DNA of 63,847 nucleotides, taken from assembly GCA_002256025.1 (NCBI GenBank), contig NKIB01013138.1, forward strand, positions 1 through 63,847, read 5' to 3'. Below the pieces are notes generated by a model, which was not told the origin of the DNA, did not search any database, and saw only the letters and a list, made by a program, of their open reading frames with translations. A program made the position numbers and the translations under genes. This stretch comes from Asterionella formosa. Lineage: Eukaryota. Shown here in pieces: positions 1-12,030 of the stretch (position 1 is its first letter; each line of letters opens with the position of its first letter).

Positions 1-347
1 TAAATACTCTGCTATCCCGTACATCCCCAACCTTTAACTGGGGTGCATATTTGTCACAAATGTTAGTGTCGACATGATTCCATAGGTAATGGTAGTCGGT
101 CGGAAGACTACTCAACATCCATCACAAGCTACCAGGATTCAAATCTACTGAGGGCAGAGAGCTGCGATGCGGGCAATGCTGTCCGATTTAGGTTCCGGCT
201 TCGTTTTTTGCTTCGGTACAAGACAAATCCAGAGGAGTGAAATGGTCATGTAATTACAAATAATTCATAAAAACGGTAGTCCAAATATAATAAAATCTTT
301 GGTTTGAACTCTACCTATCGACATCTGTCGACTTCACAAACTACCAA

Positions 348-1910
348 TTACATTCCGGCCATGGGGTGGCTGCCAGGCAAAGGATTTCTGTATTGAACCG
401 AAAACATGGAGGAATCCGCATAGGTATTTGTGGGAACAGGTTGGGGAATCGGAGGAAACGATGGGTTGGCCGCAAACTCCTGTTGTTGCTGCTGCGACTG
501 TTGATGTTGCAACAAAGGAACCGGAACAGGGACAGCGTTGCTATTCCTATCAAGCTGAACACGCTCCAATTGAGGAATCAAACTACCCCAAATCTCCTCC
601 ATTTTCTTGTTGTACTCAACTTGCAAATTGATGTAGTCCAAGACAGTTAAACGCATATCTTCCGCTTTTTCTCGCTTGAACCGATCCACTTCGCGAAGGA
701 CACGTTGAGACACAGCCGCAAAGTCTTCCCGGGCCACCTCGCACGCTTCTTGCGCTCTTCGCAGTGACATTTCGGATGCATAAGCCTTGGCTTCTTGACC
801 GGGAGTAGCCCGAAGCTTCATCAGTGTCGTGTTCTTCGATTCCACCTCGGCCATGCATGTTGAATAGGTCAGTCGTTTTTCGTGTCGGCGCTGCAAGGCA
901 AGCTTGACAGCATGAATCATCTTGATGTAATCCTGAAGAGGTTCTTCAAACTGCTGCATTTCCTTCTCGGCGTGTTCACCGCTAAGAACGGAAAGTTGAT
1001 CAGCTGTCTCGCCCATTTTTCCCAGGGCATCGCCCAACGCATCAGCTTCACTCTGACCCAACAAATTGAATGCAAGACCGAATTCAAAGAGTCCATTGGC
1101 GATTTCCTTGCCCTTTCTGACCAGACCAGTTGCCTGTTGCGACACATTTTTCATTTGTATATCTAGACCATGCACATACCGATGAATTTCATCAAACAAG
1201 TCATCGTCTGGGCTCTTGACTAAATCTCCAGCAATAGAAGTTTTGGTCTCGTTGAACCAACGTTTGAGCCCCCCGTCTTGTTTCGGGGGAGCAGCCCTCA
1301 ACATATTGTTCGTCGACGACGCCAAAATGACTTCTCCCTTGGCATTCTTGGCCGCGTGAAATGCGAAATCGTCCGCTCGCAAAAAGGTCTCCAAACAAGC
1401 GGCATCTGCCAACTCAGGATGAACTGCAACTCGACGCAAAAAGCGCTCCAGCTTGGAACGACGGTCCTCAACGAACGAAACGGAAAAGCGTCCGACAGGC
1501 TGCTTCTCTGGCATGGGAGGGATAATGGCACCAGCCTTCTCCATGTGGAGTCGTTCGTAGAGCCAGAAAAAATCCGAGTACCGCCGAAGAACGGCGGAGA
1601 TGGCAGTGTTGGCAAGCATGATATCTTGCTGAACTCCATGAGTGAGAGTTGGTGGTCGGACATCGACACGGTAGGACGTGTACTTGTTCATTCCTTCGGA
1701 GTGCTGCACTGGATCCGAGACCTAACGTCGCAGAAAACAGAAACGAAGCGATCATGGTGAGCTGGCGTTGACTGTAAAGCGGGAATCAGTCACGACACAA
1801 AGCTGGAAATGCTCCTCTATGCTTACCGTGATGTGAGGAGCACCGTCTTCGGGCTTCAGACGACGCTGCAGCGGTGTTGAAGGTGATACTGGTCCTGCCA
1901 TGGTCATCAT
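348..1910 (-). CDS. Sorting nexin, PX + BAR (SNX1/2-Vps5 family); exons 1910-1827 and 1721-348, about 485 aa
   Basis: PX motifs (ITVSDPV..YTSYRV, VLRRYSDFFWL, IIPPMPEK, RRSKLERFL) followed by a Vps5-type BAR coiled coil. A GTAAGC...TTAG intron at 1826-1722 joins the exons in frame. Confidence 0.9.
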
Positions 1911-2020
1911 GATGAGAGGTGGGAAGAATGTGGGCTGGGCTGGGCTGGGCTGTTCCCTGTGCGTTGATTCAAAAGAACAACAGAATAGGATTGTTATTAG
2001 GGAGTCAAGAGGTATGTAGG

Positions 2021-2340
2021 TACCAGTTACCTGGTACCTGGTACCTGGTACCTGGTATGGTACCAGGTACGGTATTCCATGTTGTACCCGGTACCTGGTT
2101 CATGGTAACGGTATTCCTGCTACCAAATTGAGTCACCGGTACAGGTATACATGCTGGCACCTGGTATGCCTGGGTGAGACGAGGAGGAGGGAGTGCTTAC
2201 ACAGTAAGTAATATTCTTACCGGTAATCTACTGCCTATACTTACTACCGGTATGATATTTACAATACTGCAGTACCAGGTACCGGTATCCCACTACAGGT
2301 ACCAGGTACCAGGTACGGAACCCGACGGAGTACCAGTATG
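2021..2340. repeat. TA-CCWGG-type heptamer array in the divergent SNX/EGF intergenic region
   Basis: 2021-2074 reads TA CCAGT TA CCTGG x4 TA TGG TA CCAGG TA CGG TA; further units occur at about 2273-2317. Confidence 0.85.
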
Positions 2341-2671
2341 CATTCTTGGGCTGGCTGATGAGCACATGTGGCTACATTATGTAGCACACAAAGTAGGGTG
2401 CCTGGTACCTATTACCATCAGGCAGCAGCACTTCTACACAGACTCTACGTTGAGCCTGATAAGTGCACTGTACCAGTACACAAGAAATGGAAAATTGCTA
2501 CCAGTAGACGTACATACGCGCCGGGCTGGCATAGTAGCAGCTACTGTACCGCACTGGGGACACCTGTAAAATGGAACATGGAGAAAGGAAGGTTGCAATG
2601 CTACATTCATCACTTCGATAAAAATTCAAACAACCCAAGTTGCTAGGTTTCATTCCATCGTCACCTTCGTC

Positions 2672-4848
2672 ATGCGTCTCCTCCTTCTCCTCCTCGCGAC
2701 TGCTGTCCCGGTCGTCATGGTCGCAGGAACGAATCTTACACGTAATTGTCCTACCTTTGAATGTTTCAACAATTCAACTTGCGCGAACTCCACTGCTAAT
2801 TTCACTCAATTTCTCACACAAGAAGGAGATACATTGGATGTCCACAAAGAGATCCAACGAAATGGGATGCATTGTGCTTGCGAAAAGGGTTGGACAGGTC
2901 TGCGGTGTGCCACGCCATACGAAAGCTGTATTTATTCCGGAAACAACAGTACAGGCCTCAAGTGTTAGTAAGTCATCACTGGTGATCACTTCGTTGCCAT
3001 GTCTTGATTATCGTCCGTTTCTACCAGCGTTGTTTCGAGCTATGCATTCATGCACTCACCCGCGTTATTCAATTCTCTCTCTCTCCTGCAAAATTTTTTT
3101 TAGCAATGGAGGCAAGTGTCTTTCTGGTCTGGCGGATATATATGGCAACGAACAACTCTATTGCGATTGCTCGAATGCCTCACAGACAATCAATGGCACT
3201 GTGACTACGTATGTCGGCAAGTATTGCGATATTCCTAACGCAGCCGACGATTACAATCATACTCACGTCACTGATGCTTGTAATAAAGAAAAGACCCTAT
3301 TTTGCGTCAATGGGGGATCTTGCAAGAATAATTATGAGGCATCGCCCGAAAAACCTTGCAACTGTGGTACCCGATATGATGGGCCGCATTGCGAGTTTGC
3401 CATTGGCACTGTTCCCGTTTGCAATCTGACATGCCAAAATAAAGGAGTATGCCGATTGGGGATTCGTACCTACAGGTTGCATGAAGATGCCTACCTGGCA
3501 GATTTCTTTACCAATAACGTCAACTATCAATACTGCGACTGCCCCTCGCCCTATTACGGCGTTGAATGCGAGTCAAAAACCGAAATGTGCGGCCTATATG
3601 ACTGCTTCAATGGGGGCATGTGCGTGATAAATCGAACCATGGGTAATACCACCGCAAATTGTGATTGCACAACTGCAAATTCACAAGGGAAACAATACGG
3701 TGGCCGGTTTTGTCAATACCCGAGAAGTGAGTTGTGCGACGAAACGTTGACCGAAAACGGTCAACTCTTCTGCGTCAACGATGGAAAATGTCCTGCTGAC
3801 GGGTCACACAATAATTGCACCTGCCCGGATGGATTTCATGGAGCCATCTGCGAATTCAGTGACACAGAAAATAACAACGACAAATACCAAGATTGTCACC
3901 TTAAATGCAACAACGGTGGGCAATGTCGCAACGGCGCCAAGGATACTGACTTCTTGGAAAAGTTTGGCCCTTCACTGGCCCATATCAACGTGTCGTACAA
4001 CGAGAACTTTGAGCATTGCGTTTGTCCAGGTGAGTAAGAGTGGTTGATATATGGACAAAGTAATTCTTGTTTCTTTTTTAACCAGTGGTATTCCCAACGT
4101 AGCTGGCTACATTGGACTAACTTGCGAATATGAAGTGAAGACGTGCAAAGATAAAAATACAGCCTGCTTCCTCGGCTCTCATTGCGTAGATGAAGAAGGT
4201 CTCACCAGTACATGTGACTGTGAAGCTGGTTTCAATTCCATCAACCAGATGGCTGGAAAGTACTGCCAATATCAGGCAACCAGCATATGTACTGAGGATG
4301 GAAGGGTTGATTTATCGCGCAACAACTTTGCTTTCTGTGTCAATCACGGAAAGTGTAAGGGTAATGCCACCATTGAAAATGGAGGACACCCTGGGTGTAT
4401 TTGCGAAGCTGGATGGGCAGGGTAAGAATACTTGATAACCTTTTTTTTAAGTTGATGACTTTTGGCTTTTTCTGACCTGATTCTCGACAACAGGGAGCAT
4501 TGTGAGTTCTTGTTAAGCGAGCTCGTTGCAACTGCAACTCAGGCTCCTCAAGCTGCTCCCAACAAAGGGAGCTCCTCTGGCTCGGGAGCGAGAGGTTTTG
4601 GTATCTTTCTTCTTACCGTTGGCTGTATTTTTGCCGCAGGAGGTATTGTGTACGTTTTGAGAATAAGAAGGAGGCGAGCCGCCGCTATAAAAAATATGCT
4701 TGGTCATCACGATAACATTGCTCCCAATACTGGAATAAGTGTGTATTCATCACCATACTTCAGTAATTCTCCAGGAGACGTTGTCGTTGATCTTGGCCCT
4801 AGCACAGACTTGGACGGAAATGAACTTCATAATGTTGAGATTATTTAA
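2672..4848 (+). CDS. Type I membrane protein with multiple EGF-like repeats; exons 2672-2967, 3104-4029, 4103-4421, 4494-4848, about 631 aa
   Basis: Signal peptide MRLLLLLLATAV, many CxNGGxC...CxCxxG[YF]xGxxC units, TM helix FGIFLLTVGCIFAAGGIVYVL followed by RIRRRR. Three GT-AG introns keep the frame (1896 nt in total). Confidence 0.85.
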
Positions 4849-5589
4849 GAAATTAATATAACGCGATGACGAATGAATTGACATTTTCAATCATAATGGA
4901 GACCTTAAATGAACAAGGTCAACTGAATAAAAGTCTCCACAGTGGTGGATTGACGCTCTAGATTGTTGCTGAATACCGGTGGTTTGATTGATGTTGGTGT
5001 TTTGGAATCATCGAGTTAATGACTGTCTGAAAAGGTAGTTGCCAGAGAGTGTGTGAGGTTTACAGAATGTACGGAAAATGCATTGTTATTTTTTTCTTTG
5101 TCGGTTTTATCAATTTAGATCCATATTTCTTCTTTAACGAAAATAAAAATACAGGTTTTCATGATATCTTCTTATTTGACTGCTCCAAACGGGAGTTTGT
5201 ACTTTCAGAGAACCAAATCTTTTAGTTTTCTCCTTTCAGGGGTCTAGTTAGAATCACAGTTTGACCAATAGAATCAATGCACACATTGGAATGTCCCAGG
5301 AGGCTGGTATACCTAGCATATGACATCCTTTGCTACTAGGGAAGGATTCCAGAATATTTTGAAGTCACTGATGGAAAATCATTCCCTGAATGGATTCAAC
5401 ACTGACAGTTGTCATTGTTTAGGATGCCAAGCACAAATGGTTCAACATGGATGACATGATTGACATCCTCATCATCATGTTCTGTTGCTGTTGAAATTGC
5501 TGTTGTCATGGCTGTATTTGCATTTGCATCCTCAGTTATTATAATTCTTGTCCACTTCTTGAAGCAATTGTGATGAAACTAGAGCCAAT

Positions 5590-6050
5590 ATTTTGTTAAA
5601 AATGGTCAACACAGGTTTGTCCCTGAGCTGACAGGATACAATAGACTAGGACAAGGAAATCTTGCACTAACGTATCTTGCAACAACGACAGTTGCTCAGC
5701 AGGAGTTGCTTCAGTTGAAACAGTAGCGTAAGTTTCTGGCGTTTGAACCGCTTCCGCAATTGTCTTGACTGTCCTCAAGTACCATGAATTCATCATTGAC
5801 ATTGTTGTCATCTTCTATCCCAAGGTCTGTAGAATCAACTTCACCACTAGCATCTGCTCCTTCCTCTATTTTTCGGAATACTTGCTTAGTATATCTGATC
5901 TCAGCAGGAAATGTTGGGTCACCAGCTGTACAAACTTTTGCCGAATTGAAGTTCCAGTTCATTCCTTGTCTGGAAAACTTTCATTTTGTTCTAATGCTAC
6001 ACATTCCCAGCCACTCATGTGATCCAATTGGTATTAAATTATTATGACCA
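5590..6050 (-). pseudogene. Decayed DUF6818-like (Myb-like, transposon-associated) gene
   Basis: Reading across frameshifts gives LIPIGSHEW/ECVALEQNESFPDKE*TGTSIRQKFVQL/GDPTFPAEIRYTKQVFRKIEE, matching the recalled P.G..EW...R...S..KF..L...GDP..P pattern. Contains a stop and indels. Confidence 0.5.
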
Positions 6051-6999
6051 TCATGTGAAGGATTTTTATGATTGATGATTCATTAAAGAACTTCTTGATC
6101 AAAGATTATAAACATTGTAGATTTTATTATCACAATCAAATATTCATGTGTATGACATGTACATATCATACATATAGTGATGCTATCATCAAAAAAATTT
6201 GTGCCAGTATCGTACGCTACCCCCGTGATCTTAAAAATACGATATTTTTTATTTGTATAAGGGAATTGAGCCGGAGAAACTCAAAGGATGCGGAATGGCC
6301 CCAGAGAAATTTTAAGAATCGTTGCAAAAAAATTTCTTCCATAGGGAGTACTACTGTACCAGCCAGGTAGGCAGGTGCCAGGCGGTAGTTAGTTGGAGTG
6401 AGTGAATGCACAATATTTGGGCTTCTCTTTTGCTAGACAAGCAGCCATACTACGGGTACTTTCACTTTTCTGTCATACCTACATAGGTATACCTGCAAAT
6501 TGCGATCATTTTGCTGAAATTGATAACGTGACTCAGGATAGGCGCTTAGTACAAAGAAAACGTCATCAATTCATTCCTTAAAACCGTCTGTAAGATCACC
6601 ACTCCTTCGTGGTAAAATAGGTATTACACTAATTTTATTCTTCTAAATAGGGAAACGTCAAAATGTGGGCAAACCGCTTACAAAAAGCAAATGGCAATGA
6701 CTTGTAAGGGTGTGTAGCCTAAAGCAAAGCTAAGCAAAACTAAACGATAGTAGTAAGCAAGTCTTGCCAATGTTGCTTTATTCCCTCCAAACTCAAAATT
6801 GTTCTAAATTTCCAGCTGAATTGATAAAAAAACCTATCTTAATGAAAAATTTCAAAAAGTTATTGGGATTGAAAATTCGTAACTGCCAGCATCATCATAC
6901 CAGCAACCCAATAAAACTATTATGTACTATGTACGTACAGTAGATACACATGATGTTTTGTATACTATATTTTACTTACTGGTAAACAAACACTTTTGA

Positions 7000-7570
7000 A
7001 ATCTCATCATGCATGCTTCCATCATTCTCATGTCACAATACCTTCTTTTTGTGTCATCAATACAAGCAATCAAATCTGAATTAATAAATAAACTGTTCAC
7101 AACTTTTGCTTTAATTTTTGATGTTGTTGTTTTAGTTGTCTTTCTAGTCGTTGTACCGCTGCTATGAAAAGTTTCAAATCTGTTCATAACATAGCCGTTT
7201 TGAATTGTGAATCTATAAATTACATGAAAAATGAACCATCGGCGGCTTCGATTTTCGTATTCAATATCAGTGTTATTACAATTATGCTTTCACAATTGTA
7301 TTTTCTATTCCGTGCTTAATATATGTACCCAATAGATAGCAAAGCGTCGTTCTCATTTTTCATGGAGATATTTGTTATTTTCGTCATGATCAAGGCTGAG
7401 ACGACATGATGCAGGATTCTCCAGCCACTCACGATGACTACATTGTAATCCAAAGTGTTATACTACTGGTATAAATATGCAAAAGAATCGAATAATTAAA
7501 GCTAAATAATTATGCACAAGTGCTTATGGGGGCTACCTTGGGTACCCTGAGTGTGAGTCCAGCCAGCATG
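7000..7570 (+). repeat. Dispersed repeat A, copy 1 (homologous to about 52200-52718)
   Basis: Colinear shared blocks such as AAAGCG(T/A)CGTTCTCATTTTT..GAGATATT, GGATTCTCCAGCC and GTACCCTG...TCCAGCCA. Confidence 0.7.
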
Positions 7571-7609
7571 CATCATTTGGTGTAATAAAAGTAACAGTGT
7601 ATCAAAACA

Positions 7610-7812
7610 TTTAATAGTATGCTATTATTAAAAAAATTGACCATTTTGGAGGTTGTGAAGTCGCGCTTTGGCCCCATAGGGCCTTAGACCTGCTTGTTGT
7701 CTGCCTCACCACCCAGAAGCCAACATGGGACTACATATACAAAGCAGGTGGAGAATGTGTGGTGAATCAATCCCGCCACCTCGGAATGCGAGCTAACCAA
7801 CTGCGCTTGACC
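7610..7812 (-). mobile_element. tRNA-Ala-derived SINE, copy 1
   Basis: Minus strand AGTTGGTTAGCTCGC..GAGGTGGCGGGATTGATT..CATTCTCCACC resembles the 3' half of tRNA-Ala. The 25-mer GGCAGACAACAAGCAGGTCTAAGGC is identical to the copy at about 52846. Confidence 0.75.
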
Positions 7813-8053
7813 TATGGTAGGCACCATACTAGATATAATATCTAAGATGGTATAAGTCTTACAAAACTTCAACCTTATAGGCTCTTCTATACAGACTATA
7901 TACTTGTTCTTACTCTCAACACTATAGAGACTAACAGCAATATATACAATGTAGCTCATAATACATATTGCATTATGTACCCAAAACTAGATATATGATT
8001 ACGTCATAACTATTGGTACATATGTTCCTATGGAGTTGACTTAGCAATACTAG

Positions 8054-8158
8054 AAGGCCCTTGTGAATCCCCGCCCAGTGATTCCCTTGACTCCTACTAA
8101 TATGTCAGTCATGGACCCTACTCATCAAGGCCCTTGTAAATCCCCAGTGATTCCCTTT
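8054..8158 (+). repeat. Two direct copies of an approximately 33-nt unit (AAGGCCCTTGTRAATCCCC..AGTGATTCCCTT), 73-nt period
   Basis: Copies start at 8054 and 8127. Confidence 0.8.
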
Positions 8159-8962
8159 AACTATTAGCTAGCATAGAAACTCCAATTATTAAGATCACTT
8201 TAATTACCAAGCACCTACTACTTTATTCTTGACATTCGTAGGGCAAAGCTATTCCCCTGTGCATATGGTATAATGTTATATTGGTTATCACTATTAGTTG
8301 CTACATACTATGATGAAGCTGGCATGTGAATTTTCAAATTCTAATTGTTATACCAGGTACGGTAAGTACTGTTCATTATTGGTTGTTGTCATCACTTCGG
8401 CCGGAAAAGGCAAAAGATTTTAGAGTTTGGAGAGAATAAAGCAACGAAAGCAAGACTTGCTTACGTTTGGTTTGGGCCGCCCTTGCTTCTTACGGACTTG
8501 TCATTGTCATTTTTTATCCATTTGCCCTCGTTTTGACGTTTCTGCGTTTGGACGAAATAATTTGCATGAAACCTACGTCACAACGTCGTGATATTGTCGA
8601 TTCAAAGAGAAACAATGGTTACTGGTATGTCATTTATTTACGAAGTGTAAAGGTATTTCACCTGGTAGTAAGTTGCTTTACCAGCAGATGCAATTGATTG
8701 CCTATAACAGGTACAAGGTACCTCGTACCAGGTAGTAAACAAAATAAAATGCACACGTATATATTTTGCTTTATGTATAAATATTGACTTGTACCGTTCG
8801 TCGACCTAAACATTCTCTTTATCATCCATCATCCTCGCTTCCCCTGGAACAGTTAGTAAAAAAGAACAACTTTATTCTTCGTTTGCTGCAGGTTTTGTTT
8901 TTCTGTTCTTGAACGAAATGCCAACCGCGAGATATGCAGTGCACCGAACTAAATGGCAAACA

Positions 8963-10195
8963 ATGAAAGCTCGCATGAATGTTGGAATCCGGGCATGGCC
9001 CCTATTGGTAGCGCTAATCAGTTGGACAGCGCTAATAGCTGATGGGTTCATCACAACTGGCGCCCGCAGAAGGTTTCAGCAGACTATATTTCGAGAGGCC
9101 AAGCGGTCTGAACAGTTTCTAGACACCCTAGAACGAGTGTTTTGCTTGTCGGACTTGCACACGGACCACCTGATTAACCTGGAGTGGCTGGAGGAGAAGT
9201 GTGCATTGGATTCAGCTCCTGGTCCGAATGATCTGTTGGTAGTAGCTGGCGACATTTGTCACCATATGCAACGATTTCGACAAACAATTGAAATTATTCA
9301 ATCAACAGGATGCCAAGTACTGTTTATTCCTGGTAACCACGAGACATGGTTGAGTCACCCAAGTCCTGAAGCATCTTCCTTTGAAAAGCTAACCCTTGTA
9401 TATGAGACATGCCGGGAGCTAGGCGTCCATGTTGACAACATACTGATAGGTTCAGCGGCGTCGTACCCTTTGTGGGTTGTTCCGCTACAGTCATGGTACG
9501 ATGGAAGTTTATCGATTGAAGGATGTGAAAATTTTTGCATCGACTTTAAATACTGGCCTTGGGCCGACTTTCAACGCTGTGAATGGGTAAATTTTGTCCC
9601 TGAACAACTAGATGCTCTGAATGCGAGAATCCCGATTGGCCTTGCCGATCACTTTCACCAAATTAATGAACATAATCTTAAGGAAGTTCGCGTGTCCCTC
9701 GCCGAAGAACCTTCATTGGGACTCATGACCGTTTCGCACTTTCTTCCGAACCAACGTTGCTTGCCAGATTGGAAAGATCCACTTGCTACTTGTTTTCGAA
9801 GCGACGAATGGCTTGATCATGGTGCAACAGGAATGTCGGCTAAATTTGCCAAGGTGGCCGGATCCAATGGACTGGATGCGCAGCTGCGTTCTCTTTCTCC
9901 AGACAGTGGAAGTCATATCCACATCTTTGGTCATTCTCATCGACCAAAAGATTTTTATTTCCAAGGTGTACGCTACATCCACAATCCTCTCGGTAAACAA
10001 AGAGAACGAGACATGTTCATGGTTTCCCCAAATGTTGACTTTCAGCTCGTGTGGGATACAAGATTGGGAGAAGTACGTGGGATACAGACGATGCGCCTTT
10101 GGGAAGAACAAGGCGGTGGCCTTGACGGCCTCAAGCAGCGGCTAGAAATCTTTGGGCGAAAACGACGAACTGTGAGCACAAGTGGACTCCTGTAG
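8963..10195 (+). CDS. Calcineurin-like metallophosphoesterase, probably plastid-targeted (start could be 8918, 8963 or 8975)
   Basis: Motifs SDLH, AGD, PGNHE, SHF and FGHSH. Hydrophobic signal ends in ADG-F, resembling the diatom ASAFAP motif. Confidence 0.85.
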   Translation: MKARMNVGIRAWPLLVALISWTALIADGFITTGARRRFQQTIFREAKRSEQFLDTLERVFCLSDLHTDHLINLEWLEEKCALDSAPGPNDLLVVAGDICHHMQRFRQTIEIIQSTGCQVLFIPGNHETWLSHPSPEASSFEKLTLVYETCRELGVHVDNILIGSAASYPLWVVPLQSWYDGSLSIEGCENFCIDFKYWPWADFQRCEWVNFVPEQLDALNARIPIGLADHFHQINEHNLKEVRVSLAEEPSLGLMTVSHFLPNQRCLPDWKDPLATCFRSDEWLDHGATGMSAKFAKVAGSNGLDAQLRSLSPDSGSHIHIFGHSHRPKDFYFQGVRYIHNPLGKQRERDMFMVSPNVDFQLVWDTRLGEVRGIQTMRLWEEQGGGLDGLKQRLEIFGRKRRTVSTSGLL

Positions 10196-10747
10196 CGTCA
10201 TCGGCATGCATGGTTGAGCCAAGTTATGTCCATTCAGGCACTTGCTTCATCTTTGGCTCGTTTTTCTCCCCTAACGAAGCAGCATACAACTTTCAAGATA
10301 TTAATAGCAACCTCTGGAGCACTGATGCAAATTGCCCTCATTTCATCACCACGTGTTTCCTAGGAAGTGGATTAGCACGCAATTTACCACTGTGAACCAA
10401 CACCAAAGTCTGCAAGGCATCATGCAATAGCATTTTGCATGGGCAATAATGGTAACTGAAAAGTACTGCAATCAGCACTAGTTCCAACCACGGGATGTAT
10501 AGTTTTGAATTCTTTTTCCCTTGCGGAAAAGCGGTAGAACGACTCATCGTAGACGAATCAAGATTACAATATAACAATTTTATGAATTAGAAAAGGAGAA
10601 TGAGAATCATTTGTATAGCTTAGAGGTGGAGATCAACGACACCACAAAAAGACAATTTAGACCTTGCTCACTGAATACACTGGTAGTTCACGCGCGACAT
10701 TAGCCTGAAAAAGAAACCTCAAATCACAAATAGCCATTGAGCCTACT

Positions 10748-11104
10748 TCACGGTAGTGACTGTGTCTTTCTCATGGCGAGTTTGATTGGGTAGCGAAGAT
10801 TAATTGATATGTCACTTTCCGCCTTACCGCTGTCATCGTGGCCGTCGAGAACCAAGAAAAGGTCGTGATGGAAGTGCTCGGGCTCTAAGAGTTCGGGGCT
10901 CCTTCGCAAGGTCAGCATGTTTTCTGTCTGTTCATCGAATTCTGCAGACCTCGGTGATCGAAAGACATCACGGTGGGTCGACACATATGCTCGCATTTTC
11001 TTTCTCGTGTCACAATTTGATGTTGACCTTGTTAATGACGGCGTTGACGGGTGAGGAGTGACCTGTCGGGGTGGTTGAATACTGCGCTTCTCAGTCAGTT
11101 GCAT
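10748..11104 (-). CDS. Small hypothetical protein, 118 aa
   Basis: ATG-initiated ORF in a CpG-retaining, higher-GC patch; no recognisable domain. Confidence 0.35.
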   Translation of the reverse strand: MQLTEKRSIQPPRQVTPHPSTPSLTRSTSNCDTRKKMRAYVSTHRDVFRSPRSAEFDEQTENMLTLRRSPELLEPEHFHHDLFLVLDGHDDSGKAESDISINLRYPIKLAMRKTQSLP

Positions 11105-12030
11105 ATTTTGATGTAATGGTATAACAAAATGTATTTGAAGTCAGCAGTAGTTGTATGATGACAAAAACGAAGTGGTCTTGGATTGTCGGAACGAGGAGTG
11201 ACCTCTACTCTTTGTAAGACTTATGGCTCTTCCAGAAATGAAGGGCGGGAAATGACTTCATTTACTTTTCTTTCGGTACAATGTGTCAAGGGTCCAACAA
11301 TAGAAATTATGTTCCATAATGTGCAACGCGCCCGCCAACAAGTTTCGAATTTGTATAACATTCATAGCGGGAGGTGTATATTCAATTTACTTAGAGAACA
11401 TTCGAATAAATCGGTGTATGTACTGAAATTGGTGCTAAAGACAATTGTTAGAACATAAAATATTCAAATTTGGTTTGATATTTTTTCAGATCTGTTCATA
11501 TCTATATTTACATATCCATGTTGATGTTAACATGATACCTGGTACCATCTTTTCTACGTAGCGAGTACCTGGTACCAGAATGCCACATAAGTCAACGGAC
11601 ATGGTTGACGTTTATACGCACTTTTTTATAGAGTGCGTGCATGAAAGGTGAGGAAGCAAGACGAGGAGTCGTGAAGAAGCAAGAACAAATTTATGCCCTA
11701 CATACCAGCAGGAACTCCAAGGGAGAAAACAAACAACTGGTTCTCCGCCACCCGCCGCACCGAGGTCCATTGTGGTACATTCTCCGCGTATACCGGTAGT
11801 ATATTCCGGTACTTGGTACTGACCATTAGTCCCTGCAATCTGAAAATTCATGTGTATGTGTATGTACATGATGATCCGCGATTGTTTCACTTCGTCAGCC
11901 ATGGTCGAGTTTACAACCAGCCACAGTTTTGACTGAGTATTTTGATAATAACACGCATTGATGGTTTAATACACATGGCGAATTACTGGCATCATCTTCA
12001 CTGCAAAACATGCCTCGTCGATAGTTGCAA

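Larger units (their letters stand above)
6490..8710. mobile_element. Old composite element bounded by long imperfect inverted repeats (about 6600-6805 and 8415-8610)
   Basis: TAAGCAAGTCTTG...GTTGCTTTATTCCCTCCAAACTC (about 6754-6794) is the reverse complement of GAGTTTGGAGAGAATAAAGCAAC...CAAGACTTGCTTA (about 8423-8463), and similarity continues outward. 6497-6580 also recurs at 63752-63840. Confidence 0.6.

Noticed and set aside
1919..2569. ORFs rich in YQVPGT/WYLVPG (also near 16390, 35030-35350 and 55906)
   Set aside because: These are translations of the stop-poor TACCWGG arrays, not proteins.
8054..8158. CRISPR-like repeat-spacer-repeat
   Set aside because: Only two imperfect copies, eukaryotic context, and no cas genes.
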